A stretch of 64,000 nucleotides of DNA from Acutalibacteraceae bacterium (GCA_045536525.1 JAZSNT010000004.1:6910-70909); one strand, 5' to 3'. Shown: positions 1 to 9,297, counted from the stretch's first letter. Notes: generated from the letters alone by a model not told the origin. Numbers and translations: made by a program.

Positions 1-1
1 A

Positions 2-469
2 AAGGTTATCCCTGTTTTGAGTGAAAAGGAACAGTTTATAGAACAACCTGTTGAAATTTTGGATAAAACCTTTAATATAACAGCAGTTTCCTGGGGCAAT
101 CCGCATACAGCAATGTTTGTAGATGACCTTTATTTTGACGTGCATAAGTACGGCAGGGAAATAGAGTATAAAACTGACCTTTTTCCTAACAAAACCAATG
201 TTACATTTGCGCAACTTATAAGCCGAGATTATATAAAAATACGCGAATGGGAACGCGGTACGGGTGAGACAATCGGTTGCGGTACAGGTTGTGCTACTGC
301 TGTTGTTGCAGGTGTACTTACGGGTAGATGTGACCGCAAGGTGACTGTTGAGCAAATCGGCGGTCCGCTTTATATTGAGTGGGACAAAAAAACGGGTGAT
401 ATGTTTATGACAGGTCCCAGCCATAATGTTTTTGAAGGCGATATTGACATTACGCATTTAGGAGAATAG
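2..469 (+). CDS. dapF: diaminopimelate epimerase, C-terminal part (5' end outside the window)
   Basis: The frame is open to the window edge. The GETIGCGTGCATAVVAG active-site Cys region is typical of DapF. murE starts 1 nt after its stop. Confidence 0.85.
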   Translation, partial: KVIPVLSEKEQFIEQPVEILDKTFNITAVSWGNPHTAMFVDDLYFDVHKYGREIEYKTDLFPNKTNVTFAQLISRDYIKIREWERGTGETIGCGTGCATAVVAGVLTGRCDRKVTVEQIGGPLYIEWDKKTGDMFMTGPSHNVFEGDIDITHLGE

Positions 470-470
470 T

Positions 471-1937
471 ATGAAACTTTCGCAAATTCTTGAGAATATC
501 GAATGTAGCCTAGTGCAAGGTGATATCGATGCAGAAATTTCTGATATTATATACGATTCACGCAAACTGGTAACGGGTTGCGTGTTCGTTTGTATGGTGG
601 GAGCAGTCGTAGACGGTCACACTTTTATTGACGAAGCGGTAGAAAAGGATGCAAAAGCAGTTGTTGTAGAAAAGGATGTGGAAAACATTCCCAAAAATGT
701 TACCGTTATTAAGGTGGCATCTACACGCAGGGCGTTGGCGCTTATGTCGGCGTCATTTTTCGGTAACCCCGCAAAAGAACTTACAACCGTGGGTCTTACA
801 GGTACTAAGGGCAAAACCACCACTACTTATATGATAAAAAGTGTGCTTGAAAGCGCAGGTTTTAAAACAGGTCTTATCGGTACTACGGGCGTTTTGATAG
901 GTGAAGAAAAACTGCCCACCAAAAATACTACACCCGAATCTTATGAATTGCATAAACTTTTTCGTGAGATGGTGGATAAAGGTTGCAAATATGCGGTTAT
1001 GGAGGTTTCTTCACAGGGCTTAAAACTCGACCGCACCGCAGGGATAGAGTTCGATTACGGTATTTTCACCAATCTTTCGCCCGACCATATAGGTCCGCAC
1101 GAACACGATAGTTTCGAAGAATATATCGAATATAAGAGTATGCTTTTCCGCCAATGTAAAACCGCAGTTGTTAATGCAGACGACGAGCATACAAATGAAG
1201 TATTAAAAGGACATACTTGCAAAGTGCTTACCTATTCGGCAAAAAATGATGCCGATTTAAAGGCGACTGATGTTGAATTTATAAAAGACGGCGGAAATTT
1301 AGGTATGCGCTTTAACGTAAGCGGTAAAGTTAATACCTCTGTTGTGATTTACACTCCCGGTCTTTTCTCGGTTTATAACAGCCTTGTTACAATTCTTTGT
1401 TGTGCGCTTTTAGGTGCGGAAACAGGCGCTATTTTAGAAGGTCTTTTAAAGGTTAAGGTAAAGGGCAGAGTCGAAATCGTACCGTGCAGTGACGAATTTT
1501 CGGTTATTATTGACTATGCTCACAATGAAGTCAGTACAAAGAGTGTGCTAACTACTCTTATAGAATATAAGCCCAACCGTATGATATGCGTTTTCGGCGG
1601 TGGTGGAAACCGTTCACGTATGCGCCGTTATGATATGGGCGAGGTTGCAGGCGCAATGGCAGACCTTTGTGTGCTTACCGAAGATAATCCAAGAGACGAA
1701 GATTTGCGCCAGATAAATGACGATATTAAAATCGGTCTTGCAAAAAGTAACGGTAAGTATATTGAAATCGACGACCGTAAAGAAGCCATAAAATACTGTA
1801 TTCAAAATGCTCAACCGGGCGATATGATTGTGCTTCTCGGTAAGGGTCATCAAACCTATCAGGAACGCAAAGGCATAAAATATCATTTCGATGAACGTGA
1901 AGCCGTAGCAGAAATAAAAGAAGAATTAGAGCTATAA
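471..1937 (+). CDS. murE: UDP-N-acetylmuramoyl-L-alanyl-D-glutamate--2,6-diaminopimelate ligase
   Basis: 488 aa Mur ligase. It has the P-loop GLTGTKGKTTT and a DNPR motif (LTEDNPRDED) characteristic of meso-DAP-adding MurE. Confidence 0.9.
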   Translation: MKLSQILENIECSLVQGDIDAEISDIIYDSRKLVTGCVFVCMVGAVVDGHTFIDEAVEKDAKAVVVEKDVENIPKNVTVIKVASTRRALALMSASFFGNPAKELTTVGLTGTKGKTTTTYMIKSVLESAGFKTGLIGTTGVLIGEEKLPTKNTTPESYELHKLFREMVDKGCKYAVMEVSSQGLKLDRTAGIEFDYGIFTNLSPDHIGPHEHDSFEEYIEYKSMLFRQCKTAVVNADDEHTNEVLKGHTCKVLTYSAKNDADLKATDVEFIKDGGNLGMRFNVSGKVNTSVVIYTPGLFSVYNSLVTILCCALLGAETGAILEGLLKVKVKGRVEIVPCSDEFSVIIDYAHNEVSTKSVLTTLIEYKPNRMICVFGGGGNRSRMRRYDMGEVAGAMADLCVLTEDNPRDEDLRQINDDIKIGLAKSNGKYIEIDDRKEAIKYCIQNAQPGDMIVLLGKGHQTYQERKGIKYHFDEREAVAEIKEELEL

Positions 1938-1953
1938 CAAAAAACATCCCAAC

Positions 1954-1998
1954 ATGATATACACCCCAAAAGTTAGATACTTTTGGGGTGTATATCAT
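1954..1998 (+). terminator. Perfect 20-bp stem / 5-nt loop hairpin downstream of murE
   Basis: ATGATATACACCCCAAAAGT (1954-1973) pairs perfectly with ACTTTTGGGGTGTATATCAT (1979-1998). There is no clean T-tract directly after it, so the terminator role is assumed from position only. Confidence 0.5.
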
Positions 1999-2233
1999 GT
2001 TTCCGCTTTTATATTTTCTTTACACTCAAAGTGTAAAATTCTTTGCTTTTAAAATTGAAATTCATATCTGGAATTTACTTAAAATTATAACATATTTCAG
2101 ACCTTATATAAACCTAAAAAACTTTATATCAAGTGGATAAAACTGAGATATTAATAAATTATTTTTACACTTGTAAAACACCCGTTTTACTGCTATAATT
2201 TAATTAAAATATTTTTGAAACGGTTGGAATGTT

Positions 2234-2986
2234 ATGTTTAATTTTTTCGCTGATATAAATAACAGACAGGACTCACACTATATAATAGACGGTGCCGATT
2301 ACAACCATATAAAAAACGTTCTGCGTATGGAAATCGGCGACACTTGTCTTATAAGTTGCGACGGCAGGAGTGATTTGTGCCGTATAGTTGCATTTTTAAG
2401 CGATACAGTTTCTCTGGAAATTTTAGAAGAAGACTATACCGACACCGAACTACCTGTTAAAATATATCTTTTCCAAGGCCTTCCAAAAGGCGACAAGATG
2501 GAATATATTATTCAAAAATGCGTTGAGCTTGGGATTTACGGTATAATGCCTGTGGAAATGAAGCATTGTATAGTAAAATTAGACGATAAAAAAGCCAAAT
2601 CTAAGCAATCGCGTTGGCAAAGTATTGCCGAAAGCGCCGCTAAACAAAGCAAACGCAATATTGTTCCCGAAGTTTTGGGTGTCAGTTCATTCGATAAAGC
2701 ACTCGATTTTGCAAAAACGCTTGATTTGATTTTAGTTCCTTATGAAAATAAAGAAGGTATGAATGCTACTGCCGAAGCATTATCCCAACTCAAAAACGTC
2801 AAAAGTGTTGGCATTTTCATAGGTCCCGAAGGCGGTTTTGAAAAGGCGGAAATAGAGAAAACACTTAAAGCCAATGCTAAAATAATTTCACTCGGCAAAC
2901 GAATTTTGCGTACCGAAACCGCCGCTGTAACAGCCGTGGGAATGTGTATGCTTCATACCGAAATGTTTGAAGGTAATGACGAATGA
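2234..2986 (+). CDS. rsmE: 16S rRNA (uracil1498-N3)-methyltransferase
   Basis: 250 aa of the RsmE family, with a C-terminal GPEGGF...SLGKRILRTETA motif. Its stop overlaps the next start (ATGA). Confidence 0.85.
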   Translation: MFNFFADINNRQDSHYIIDGADYNHIKNVLRMEIGDTCLISCDGRSDLCRIVAFLSDTVSLEILEEDYTDTELPVKIYLFQGLPKGDKMEYIIQKCVELGIYGIMPVEMKHCIVKLDDKKAKSKQSRWQSIAESAAKQSKRNIVPEVLGVSSFDKALDFAKTLDLILVPYENKEGMNATAEALSQLKNVKSVGIFIGPEGGFEKAEIEKTLKANAKIISLGKRILRTETAAVTAVGMCMLHTEMFEGNDE

Positions 2987-4338
2987 AACAACTACCGATT
3001 GCATACCAAAACCGAATGAAAAATTTACTGGGCGCAGATTTTGAAAGTTACCTTTTGGAACTTGAAAAACCGCCTGTAAGGGCTTTCAGGGTTAATACCG
3101 ATAAAATAAGTATAGAAGATTTTCAAAAAATAAATATCTTTGGCACAAATAAAATTCCCTACGTGGATAACGGTTTTTACCTTGATTTCGATAAAGTGGG
3201 CAACCACCCCTACCACCACGCAGGGCTTATTTATGTGCAAGAGCCTGCGGCAATGGCACCTAGCGAATGTATAGATATAGATCCCGATTGGTGCATACTT
3301 GATATGTGCGCCGCTCCCGGTGGCAAAAGCACCCAACTTAAAAATAAACTGTCTGAAAATGGTGTGCTTGTATCTAACGAGATTATCGCTTTCCGCTGCA
3401 AAATACTTACAGGTAATATAGAACGTTTGGGTCTTCAAAATGTTGTTACCACTTGTATGGATACGAGAAAACTCGCACGTACTTTCCCCGATACGTTCGA
3501 TTTGGTTATGGTTGACGCTCCCTGCTCGGGCGAAGGTATGTTCAGAAAAGAAGAAATCGCCGTTGATGAATGGAGCGAAGAAAACGTTACTATGTGCACC
3601 GCCCGTCAGGCAGAAATTTTAGAAAATGCCACAAAGGCGCTTAAAAGCGGTGGTTATATCGTGTATGCTACCTGTACTTTTTCATTACAGGAAAACGAAA
3701 TGACGGTTGATTATTTCCTGCAAAACCACCACGATTTTGAACTTGTAAAAGCAAACGAAAAAGTTTCCGAGTACACCTGCGACGGTATAAATTTTGATGG
3801 TTGCAAGTGTGAAAACATCCACTTTGCCCGTAGATTTTACCCACATAATGCAAAGGGCGAAGGTCAATTTATGGCGGTATTACACCACAAGGGTGAAAAA
3901 ATGCTCGAAAATACTGTCACCCAAAAACCACAAAAGACAGATAAAATCGTCACCGATTTTTTGAACGACACCCTTACCGACTACAACCCCGATTACATAC
4001 ACGAATATAATAAAAACCCGATATATTACAATAACCGACTGCCCATAAAAGACGGTCAGGCATTTTGTTGCAGTGTGACTATCGGCGAAATCAGAAAAAA
4101 TTATATTCTGCCCCACCACCAGTTTTTTATGGCGTTAGGTCACAAATTCAAGCGAAAAATAAATCTGTCACCCGATAGTACAGAACTTAGCAAATATCTG
4201 CACGGCGAAGAATTTGACACCGATTGCGAAAATGGTTGGGCGGTTGTAATGGTGGACGGTTTTTCCCTCGGTGGAGCAAAAGTCACAAACGGCAAAGCCA
4301 AAAACCACTACCCAAAAGGATTAAGAATGAAATACTAA
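2983..4338 (+). CDS. NOL1/NOP2/Sun family rRNA cytosine-C5 methyltransferase (RsmB/RsmF-like)
   Basis: 451 aa with SAM-MTase motifs DMCAAPGGKS, VDAPCSGEGMFRK and ATCT, plus a C-terminal extension as in RsmF-type enzymes. Confidence 0.8.
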   Translation: MKQLPIAYQNRMKNLLGADFESYLLELEKPPVRAFRVNTDKISIEDFQKINIFGTNKIPYVDNGFYLDFDKVGNHPYHHAGLIYVQEPAAMAPSECIDIDPDWCILDMCAAPGGKSTQLKNKLSENGVLVSNEIIAFRCKILTGNIERLGLQNVVTTCMDTRKLARTFPDTFDLVMVDAPCSGEGMFRKEEIAVDEWSEENVTMCTARQAEILENATKALKSGGYIVYATCTFSLQENEMTVDYFLQNHHDFELVKANEKVSEYTCDGINFDGCKCENIHFARRFYPHNAKGEGQFMAVLHHKGEKMLENTVTQKPQKTDKIVTDFLNDTLTDYNPDYIHEYNKNPIYYNNRLPIKDGQAFCCSVTIGEIRKNYILPHHQFFMALGHKFKRKINLSPDSTELSKYLHGEEFDTDCENGWAVVMVDGFSLGGAKVTNGKAKNHYPKGLRMKY

Positions 4339-4340
4339 TA

Positions 4341-4372
4341 AAGACGGTGCTACTCGGCACCGTCTTTATTTA
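4341..4372 (+). terminator. Rho-independent terminator
   Basis: AAGACGGTGC / GCACCGTCTT stem followed by a T-rich tail. Confidence 0.7.
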
Positions 4373-4454
4373 TATAAAACCCAATAATACTTGTACGCAT
4401 CAAATAAATATGATATAATTTTTACTGTAAAAATCATTCTCCGAAAGGGAAATT

Positions 4455-6119
4455 ATGAAAGTTATTATTTCTTGTCTTAATTCAAAATTTGTACACGCTT
4501 CGCTCTCTCCTTGGTGTCTGGTGGCAGGTGTGCGTGAATTTTGCAAAAAAAGTCACGACGTTAAAATTTTAGAAAGCACAATCAACGGTAACATTGAGCA
4601 GTTTGCCCAAAAAATCATAGATGAAAATGCCGAAATAGTCGCCTTTTCTTGCTATATCTGGAACATTACAAAAACCTTAGAAATTGCCTATATTATAAAG
4701 CAAAACAGCAACTGTAAAATCGTTCTCGGCGGTCCGGAAGTGGCTTACCGCCCCAAAGACGTACTAAAAAAATACCCTTGTATTGATTTTGTTCTTTCAG
4801 GCGAGGGCGAGTGGACTTTCCCCGATTTTCTCAACAATATAAACGGTGATTTGTCCCTTATCAACGGGCTCACTTACCGGCAAGACGGTAAGATTTTCTC
4901 TGTGCCTAAAAAAGTATTTACCGACACTCCCCCGTCGCCGTTCAGTGACGAATTTTTTGAAAAATTAAACGGCAGAATTGCCTATTTAGAAACCGCAAGA
5001 GGTTGTCCTTACCGCTGTGCTTTTTGTCTTTCAGGCAGATGCTCACCTCTCCGCTTTTTCGATTTGGAACAGGTTAAGAAAGATATTATAAGCCTTGCCA
5101 ATAGCGGCACACAAACAATAAAATTTGTCGACCGCACGTTTAATGCAAACGCCGAAAGGGCTGATAAAATTCTTCTTTTTATAAAAGAAAACTACGGCAA
5201 AACAATCCCCGAAAACGTGTGTTTCCATTTCGAAATTGCGGGCGATATTTTAAGGAAAAGCACACTTGAAATTTTGTCTAATATGCCCTGTGGCGCAGTA
5301 CAACTCGAAATAGGAATGCAGTCTTTTAATGAAGATGTGCTTAAAAAAATCAACCGGAAAACCAACACAAAAAAACTTATAGAAAACATAAATAAATTGA
5401 TAAGTTTTGGCAATATGCATATCCATATCGACCTTATCGCAGGACTTACGGGCGAAGATTTTGAAAGTTTTAAACAAAGCTTTAATATCGGTTATTCCCT
5501 CAAAGCGCATATGCTCCAAATGGGCTTTTTAAAGTTACTTTACGGCGCTGATATGCGTGAAAACAGCGGCAAATACCCATGTGAATTTAGCACTGAACCG
5601 CCATACGAAGTAACCTCTACCCCATGGCTTTCGGCAGAAGAAATCAAAACACTTAAAAACTGTGAAGATGCTCTCGACAGGCTTCATAACAGCGGTAGAT
5701 TTCTATTTACACTCAACTACCTGACAGAAGAAGTAGGCATTTCTCCGTTCGACATTTTCTATGATTTTGGCAACGCCGTAAACGGCAGTAAGATGAAACT
5801 TTGCGACTATGCACAAGCACTTTACAATTTTTTCAGTACAAAATGCGATAAGCAAATCCTACGTGAAAAAATTCTTTGCGATTTGCTTTGCAGTTCTTCA
5901 TCGATACAAATTCCCGACGTTTTAAAAATCAACGACCCGTTATACAAAAAAGCGAAAAAATACTTTATAGAAAACAAGAGCAAACTCACAAAAATCGCAA
6001 TTCTTTATAGCCAAAATAAGATTTTTGCAGTTGACCAAAATGCCCCTAAAAATCTTCATAACAGGTTCGAAGGCAAATTTTACAATATTTACAAATTGCA
6101 AGAATTGCTTGACGGGTAA
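4455..6119 (+). CDS. B12-binding domain radical SAM protein (DUF4080-type C-terminus)
   Basis: 554 aa with a CxxxCxxC cluster (ARGCPYRCAFCLSG) after an N-terminal B12-binding-like domain. Confidence 0.8.
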   Translation: MKVIISCLNSKFVHASLSPWCLVAGVREFCKKSHDVKILESTINGNIEQFAQKIIDENAEIVAFSCYIWNITKTLEIAYIIKQNSNCKIVLGGPEVAYRPKDVLKKYPCIDFVLSGEGEWTFPDFLNNINGDLSLINGLTYRQDGKIFSVPKKVFTDTPPSPFSDEFFEKLNGRIAYLETARGCPYRCAFCLSGRCSPLRFFDLEQVKKDIISLANSGTQTIKFVDRTFNANAERADKILLFIKENYGKTIPENVCFHFEIAGDILRKSTLEILSNMPCGAVQLEIGMQSFNEDVLKKINRKTNTKKLIENINKLISFGNMHIHIDLIAGLTGEDFESFKQSFNIGYSLKAHMLQMGFLKLLYGADMRENSGKYPCEFSTEPPYEVTSTPWLSAEEIKTLKNCEDALDRLHNSGRFLFTLNYLTEEVGISPFDIFYDFGNAVNGSKMKLCDYAQALYNFFSTKCDKQILREKILCDLLCSSSSIQIPDVLKINDPLYKKAKKYFIENKSKLTKIAILYSQNKIFAVDQNAPKNLHNRFEGKFYNIYKLQELLDG

Positions 6120-6128
6120 ATAAAAAAA

Positions 6129-6242
6129 GGCTCCCTTGTGTAAAGGGAGCTGTCAAAATTTTAATTTTGACTGAGGGATTGCTTATAAAAAACTATCCTC
6201 CCGTCAGCCTACGGCTGCCACCCTCCTTTACACAAGGAGGGC
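6129..6242. repeat. GC-rich palindromic intergenic (REP/MITE-like) unit with two opposed hairpins
   Basis: CTCCCTT-GTGTA-AAGGGAG (6131-6149) and CCTCCTT-TACAC-AAGGAGG (6222-6240) flank GACTGAGGGAT...ATCCTCCCGTCAGCCTACGGCTG. GC content is far above the surroundings. The unit sits between two convergent genes and doubles as a bidirectional terminator. Confidence 0.6.
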
Positions 6243-6244
6243 TT

Positions 6245-6487
6245 TTAATTTTCAATTTTACATTGTGTGCCATCGTGTTTGATTTCATAATTTTCTTTAT
6301 AGATTAAATCGCTTATAAATACAAATTCATACCCCTCGTCTTTAAGGCATTTGAGGATGTTGGGCAAAGCGGCAGGTGTATGGTCAGCATCATTATGAAA
6401 CAGCACGATACTACCATTTTTAACCTTGCTCGTCACACGCTGACAAATACTGTCGGGCGTGGCATTTTCTTTCCAGTCGAGAGAGTC
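6245..6487 (-). pseudogene. Polysaccharide deacetylase (NodB/PdaB-type), fragment 3 of 3 (C-terminal 80 aa)
   Basis: Reads (V)DSLDWKENATPDSICQRVTSKVKNGSIVLFHNDADHTPAALP...KIEN*. It contains NodB motifs DxxDW and LxH. The frame is open upstream of the tracked start up to the element-1 junction. Confidence 0.85.
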
Positions 6488-6541
6488 AACATTAGATACA
6501 AAAGTAAAGACTTTTTTACAAAAAGTTTAAAAAGATTACTG

Positions 6542-6570
6542 TTGCATAATATGTCGCAATATGTTAAAAT
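6542..6570 (+). promoter_or_regulatory. Sigma-A type promoter for the small peptide gene
   Basis: TTGCAT (6542-6547), a 17-nt spacer, then TAAAAT (6565-6570). Confidence 0.55.
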
Positions 6571-6675
6571 ATGTATGGTGCTTTTGCACCCCTAAGGACT
6601 ATCACAACGGTAGGCGGTTGTCCCTCATTTGAGAGGGCACACTTTTCGCCCTCTTGAATAAAGGGGGTGGTGCCA

Positions 6676-6762
6676 ATGGTTACATACGAAGAACTGTTCC
6701 TTTTAGGAACTCTTTTAGTGTCAATTATAGCACTTGTTATCAACATAACAAAAAAGAAATAA
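6676..6762 (+). CDS. 28-aa hydrophobic peptide, Hol-Tox / type I toxin-like
   Basis: MVTYEELFLLGTLLVSIIALVINITKKK has one TM segment and a KKK tail. The RBS AAGGGGGTG lies 6 nt upstream. A ~100-nt hairpin-rich leader precedes it and the terminator ACCGC...GCGGT-TAATTTCTTTT follows it. It is below the ORF-track size cut-off. Confidence 0.55.
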   Translation: MVTYEELFLLGTLLVSIIALVINITKKK

Positions 6763-7083
6763 CCGCCCTGTCTCCAAACTGTGCGGTTAATTTCTTTTAA
6801 CTAATCTATGGGACAACCGTCTGCTTGGTAGTCCTTTTGTATCTTTATTATAGCAGTTATAATGATAATTGTCAAGCACCTTATGTTAAGGTGTTTTTTG
6901 TTTTGGTGTTTATAATGTTTGCTCGTTCTCTCTGTTCTATTCTGTTCGCTCTCTACTCTCTTGTTCAGGTATGTACCTTTGTGTTCTTCTATGGTATGCC
7001 AGTTAACTCTCTTCTCTTGATGTTCCATACGGTTATGCTCTTTCTTCTCTGCCTGTTTGCAGTCTTTCCACATTCAAAGAATG

Positions 7084-7686
7084 TCATTCGCCTTTTATGT
7101 CCAATAAAATCTCATTGACATACTCTTGATACGGTTTTTCCCAATCATCATTATTACCCCTGTAAACCAATTCATCAATTATTGCAATATCTGTTTCAGT
7201 TTCTTCAAATACCCTTTGCAAATCTTCATTGCTTGGTATATTCCTTTGATTTTTAGGTGTGTAAATAACTGTAAAAGTATCGTTATCAGGGTAAAGGCTA
7301 TATGTCTTTTTTACTGTTGAAACAGTTTTTAAAACCGTGTCAGGTGGTTGTGGTGAGTTCTCTTTGTCGCTTTCTTCGGTGTCTTTGAGTTTGTGCCTAT
7401 TTATCCATTCTCTTGTCGCAGCGGCGGTCTTTTCCATATAGGTAGTGAAAAGTGTTCGGGTTGCTCTGTCTCGGTCAATGATTGTTTCAAGGTCTTTCGG
7501 TAGCGGTTGTGTGCCACCTGTCCTATCGTAAAACATAAGCGACAACAAAATTGCACCTATTTCTTCAAGGGTGTATTCTTCGTAAAAGGTGTCAAACCAT
7601 TCATAGTAGCAGAGATTACCTTGCTTTTCTGCCCATTTCTGTTTTTGCACTTTTGATAAAGTGTCATAATAATTGTTTGTTTTCAT
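7084..7686 (-). CDS. Hypothetical element-1 protein (200 aa from the ATG with an RBS)
   Basis: The ORF-track frame was trimmed to MKTNNYYDTLSKVQ..., preceded by AGGAAAA. I cannot name a family with confidence. Confidence 0.5.
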   Translation of the reverse strand: MKTNNYYDTLSKVQKQKWAEKQGNLCYYEWFDTFYEEYTLEEIGAILLSLMFYDRTGGTQPLPKDLETIIDRDRATRTLFTTYMEKTAAATREWINRHKLKDTEESDKENSPQPPDTVLKTVSTVKKTYSLYPDNDTFTVIYTPKNQRNIPSNEDLQRVFEETETDIAIIDELVYRGNNDDWEKPYQEYVNEILLDIKGE

Positions 7687-7862
7687 TTTTTCATTTTCCT
7701 TTCGTGTTATTTGCCTTGCCTTTTCGGTTTGGCAAAATAAATATGACAGATACATATAGCACACAATTTTTTCTGCATATCTTTTTTAAGTGATTTACTT
7801 TATAAGATAAATGTGATATAATCTAACCGACAAACTTGAATTTGTAGAGGAGGCTACATACT

Positions 7863-8846
7863 GTGAACAAAGAAGAATTACACGTCATTGTTGCAAATGA
7901 ACAACCTAATATATGTCAGATAGTAGCCATAAAGGACAATGAGATAGTTTATAGTGACACTTGGAATAATTATAAACCGACCGATAATGTTCATATTGCT
8001 TCTGTAACCAAAAGTGTGATGTCTATACTTATCGGAATTGCCATTGATAAAGGTATGATTGAAAGTGTCAATCAAAAAGTATTAGAGTTTTTCCCTGACT
8101 ATGTAATTAAATGAGGCGAAAAAACAATACAGGACGTCACTTTATATCATTTGCTCACAATGACTGCACCGTATAAATACAAGACAGAACCTTGGACAAA
8201 AGTATGCACAAGTGAGGATTGGACAAAGTCCGTTCTGGATTTGCTTGGTGGAAGAAACGGAATTACAGGTGAATTCAAGTATTCAACATTGGGTATTCAT
8301 ATATTAAGTGCAATAATAACAAAAGTCAGCAATATGTCAACTCTTGATTTTGCTAATAAATATCTCTTTAAACCACTTGGAATTGAAGAAAGAAAACCTT
8401 GTATTGTAAAGAACAAAGAAGAACATATCCTCTTTGTAACTTCGAAATCTCCAAAAGAAAATGGTTGGTTTTGCGATAACAAAGGAATTGTAACATCGGG
8501 CTTTGGTTTGTGCTTGTCAGCAGAAGATTTATCGAAAATCGGTCAAATGTGCCTTAATAAAGGTATGTTCGATAATAAGCAGATAGTTTCTGCCGAATGG
8601 ATAACTCAAATGACTACACCATATATCAAATGCGATGAAAAGTTTGCCTTTATGCAATACGGATTCTTATGGTGGGTTATTGATAAAGAAAAGAATATAT
8701 ACTCTGCCATAGGTGATAGTGGAAATGTGATATATGTTAATGCGGATAAAAATATTGTTATATCCGTTACGGCAACATTTAAACCATTAGTATTTGACAG
8801 AGTTCAGTTTATACAAAAATATATTGAACCATTCATTACTGAATAA
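7863..8846 (+). pseudogene. Beta-lactamase-family serine hydrolase interrupted by one in-frame TGA
   Basis: SxxK motif (ASVTKSV). Tracked ORFs 7863..8114 and 8151..8846 are in the same frame. The only stop between them is TGA at 8112-8114 (DYVIK*GEKTIQDVTLYHLLTMT). Confidence 0.75.
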
Positions 8847-8875
8847 CAAATTCCAATATATCGAATAGATAAAAA

Positions 8876-8913
8876 AGATATGAGAGAAAACAAAATCTCT
8901 CATATCTTTTTTT
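8876..8913. terminator. Hairpin terminator, copy 1 of a duplicated ~40-nt unit
   Basis: AGATATGAGAGA (8876-8887) pairs with TCTCTCATATCT (8896-8907), followed by a T-run. It is nearly identical to 10149-10187. Confidence 0.7.
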
Positions 8914-9080
8914 GTTCGCTAATTTCTTTTTGCAAGGTTTCATATAATGCTTGAATGTCTTGCTCTACCGCTTTTCTTTTTTGTTCTAAATCATAAAGTG
9001 TTTCGCTCATAACTTTTTTACTCCTTTCTCGTATCTTTAAAATAAGTATGCACAATATTTATTTTTAACGGCTGTCGGCA

Positions 9081-9219
9081 GACCTTACTGACTTGGCACA
9101 AGTCGTAGTAAGTCATATTTCTGCGAAATAAAACCTGTTTTAGCATACTGATTATGTAGGGCAGAAATATGACCTTACTTAAAAATTTCCGAAGCCTACC
9201 ACAAATTTTTAAGTAAGGT
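9081..9219 (+). promoter_or_regulatory. oriT-like inverted-repeat region upstream of the element-1 relaxase gene
   Basis: A perfect 17-bp inverted repeat joins ACCTTACTTAAAAATTT (9172-9188) and AAATTTTTAAGTAAGGT (9203-9219). An imperfect inverted repeat lies at 9081-9114. The motif GACCTTACT recurs in both. Confidence 0.5.
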
Positions 9220-9297
9220 GCAAACGGCGACACCTTTCCTTTCGTGTGTATTGCCGTTCCTTTGCTCTCGCATATTAAGAGTAAAGGAGTTTTTGAT

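Noticed and set aside
617-1998. Minus-strand ORFs of 66-90 aa inside murE. Similar antisense or overlapping ORFs occur inside almost every long gene, for example 3025..3438, 18313..19214, 42379..42840 and 56349..56912.
   Set aside because: They lie fully within well-supported genes on the other strand. They have skewed low-complexity composition, no RBS and no recognisable motifs. They are shadow ORFs.
1954-1998. The perfect 20-bp palindrome after murE as a recombination site or mobile-element scar.
   Set aside because: It is a single copy in the window with no flanking repeats or recombinase. Its position immediately after a stop codon fits a transcription terminator or RNA stability hairpin.
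6801-7073. Tracked 90-aa minus-strand ORF (MWKDCKQAEKKEHNRMEHQEK…) in element 1 as a possible small excision factor.
   Set aside because: It is highly biased (K/E/H/N-rich then I-rich) and has no convincing RBS. Its 3' part runs toward the toxin-gene terminator. It cannot be supported as a gene from sequence alone.
8112-8114. The idea that the in-frame TGA (and the TGA I read near 52035-52037) reflects TGA recoding, either an alternative genetic code or selenocysteine.
   Set aside because: TGA is clearly used as a terminator elsewhere, for example in the ATGA stop/start overlaps at 2983-2986, 21324-21327 and 38845-38848. No SECIS-like context was evident. The second in-frame stop in the window is TAA, which does not fit that idea.
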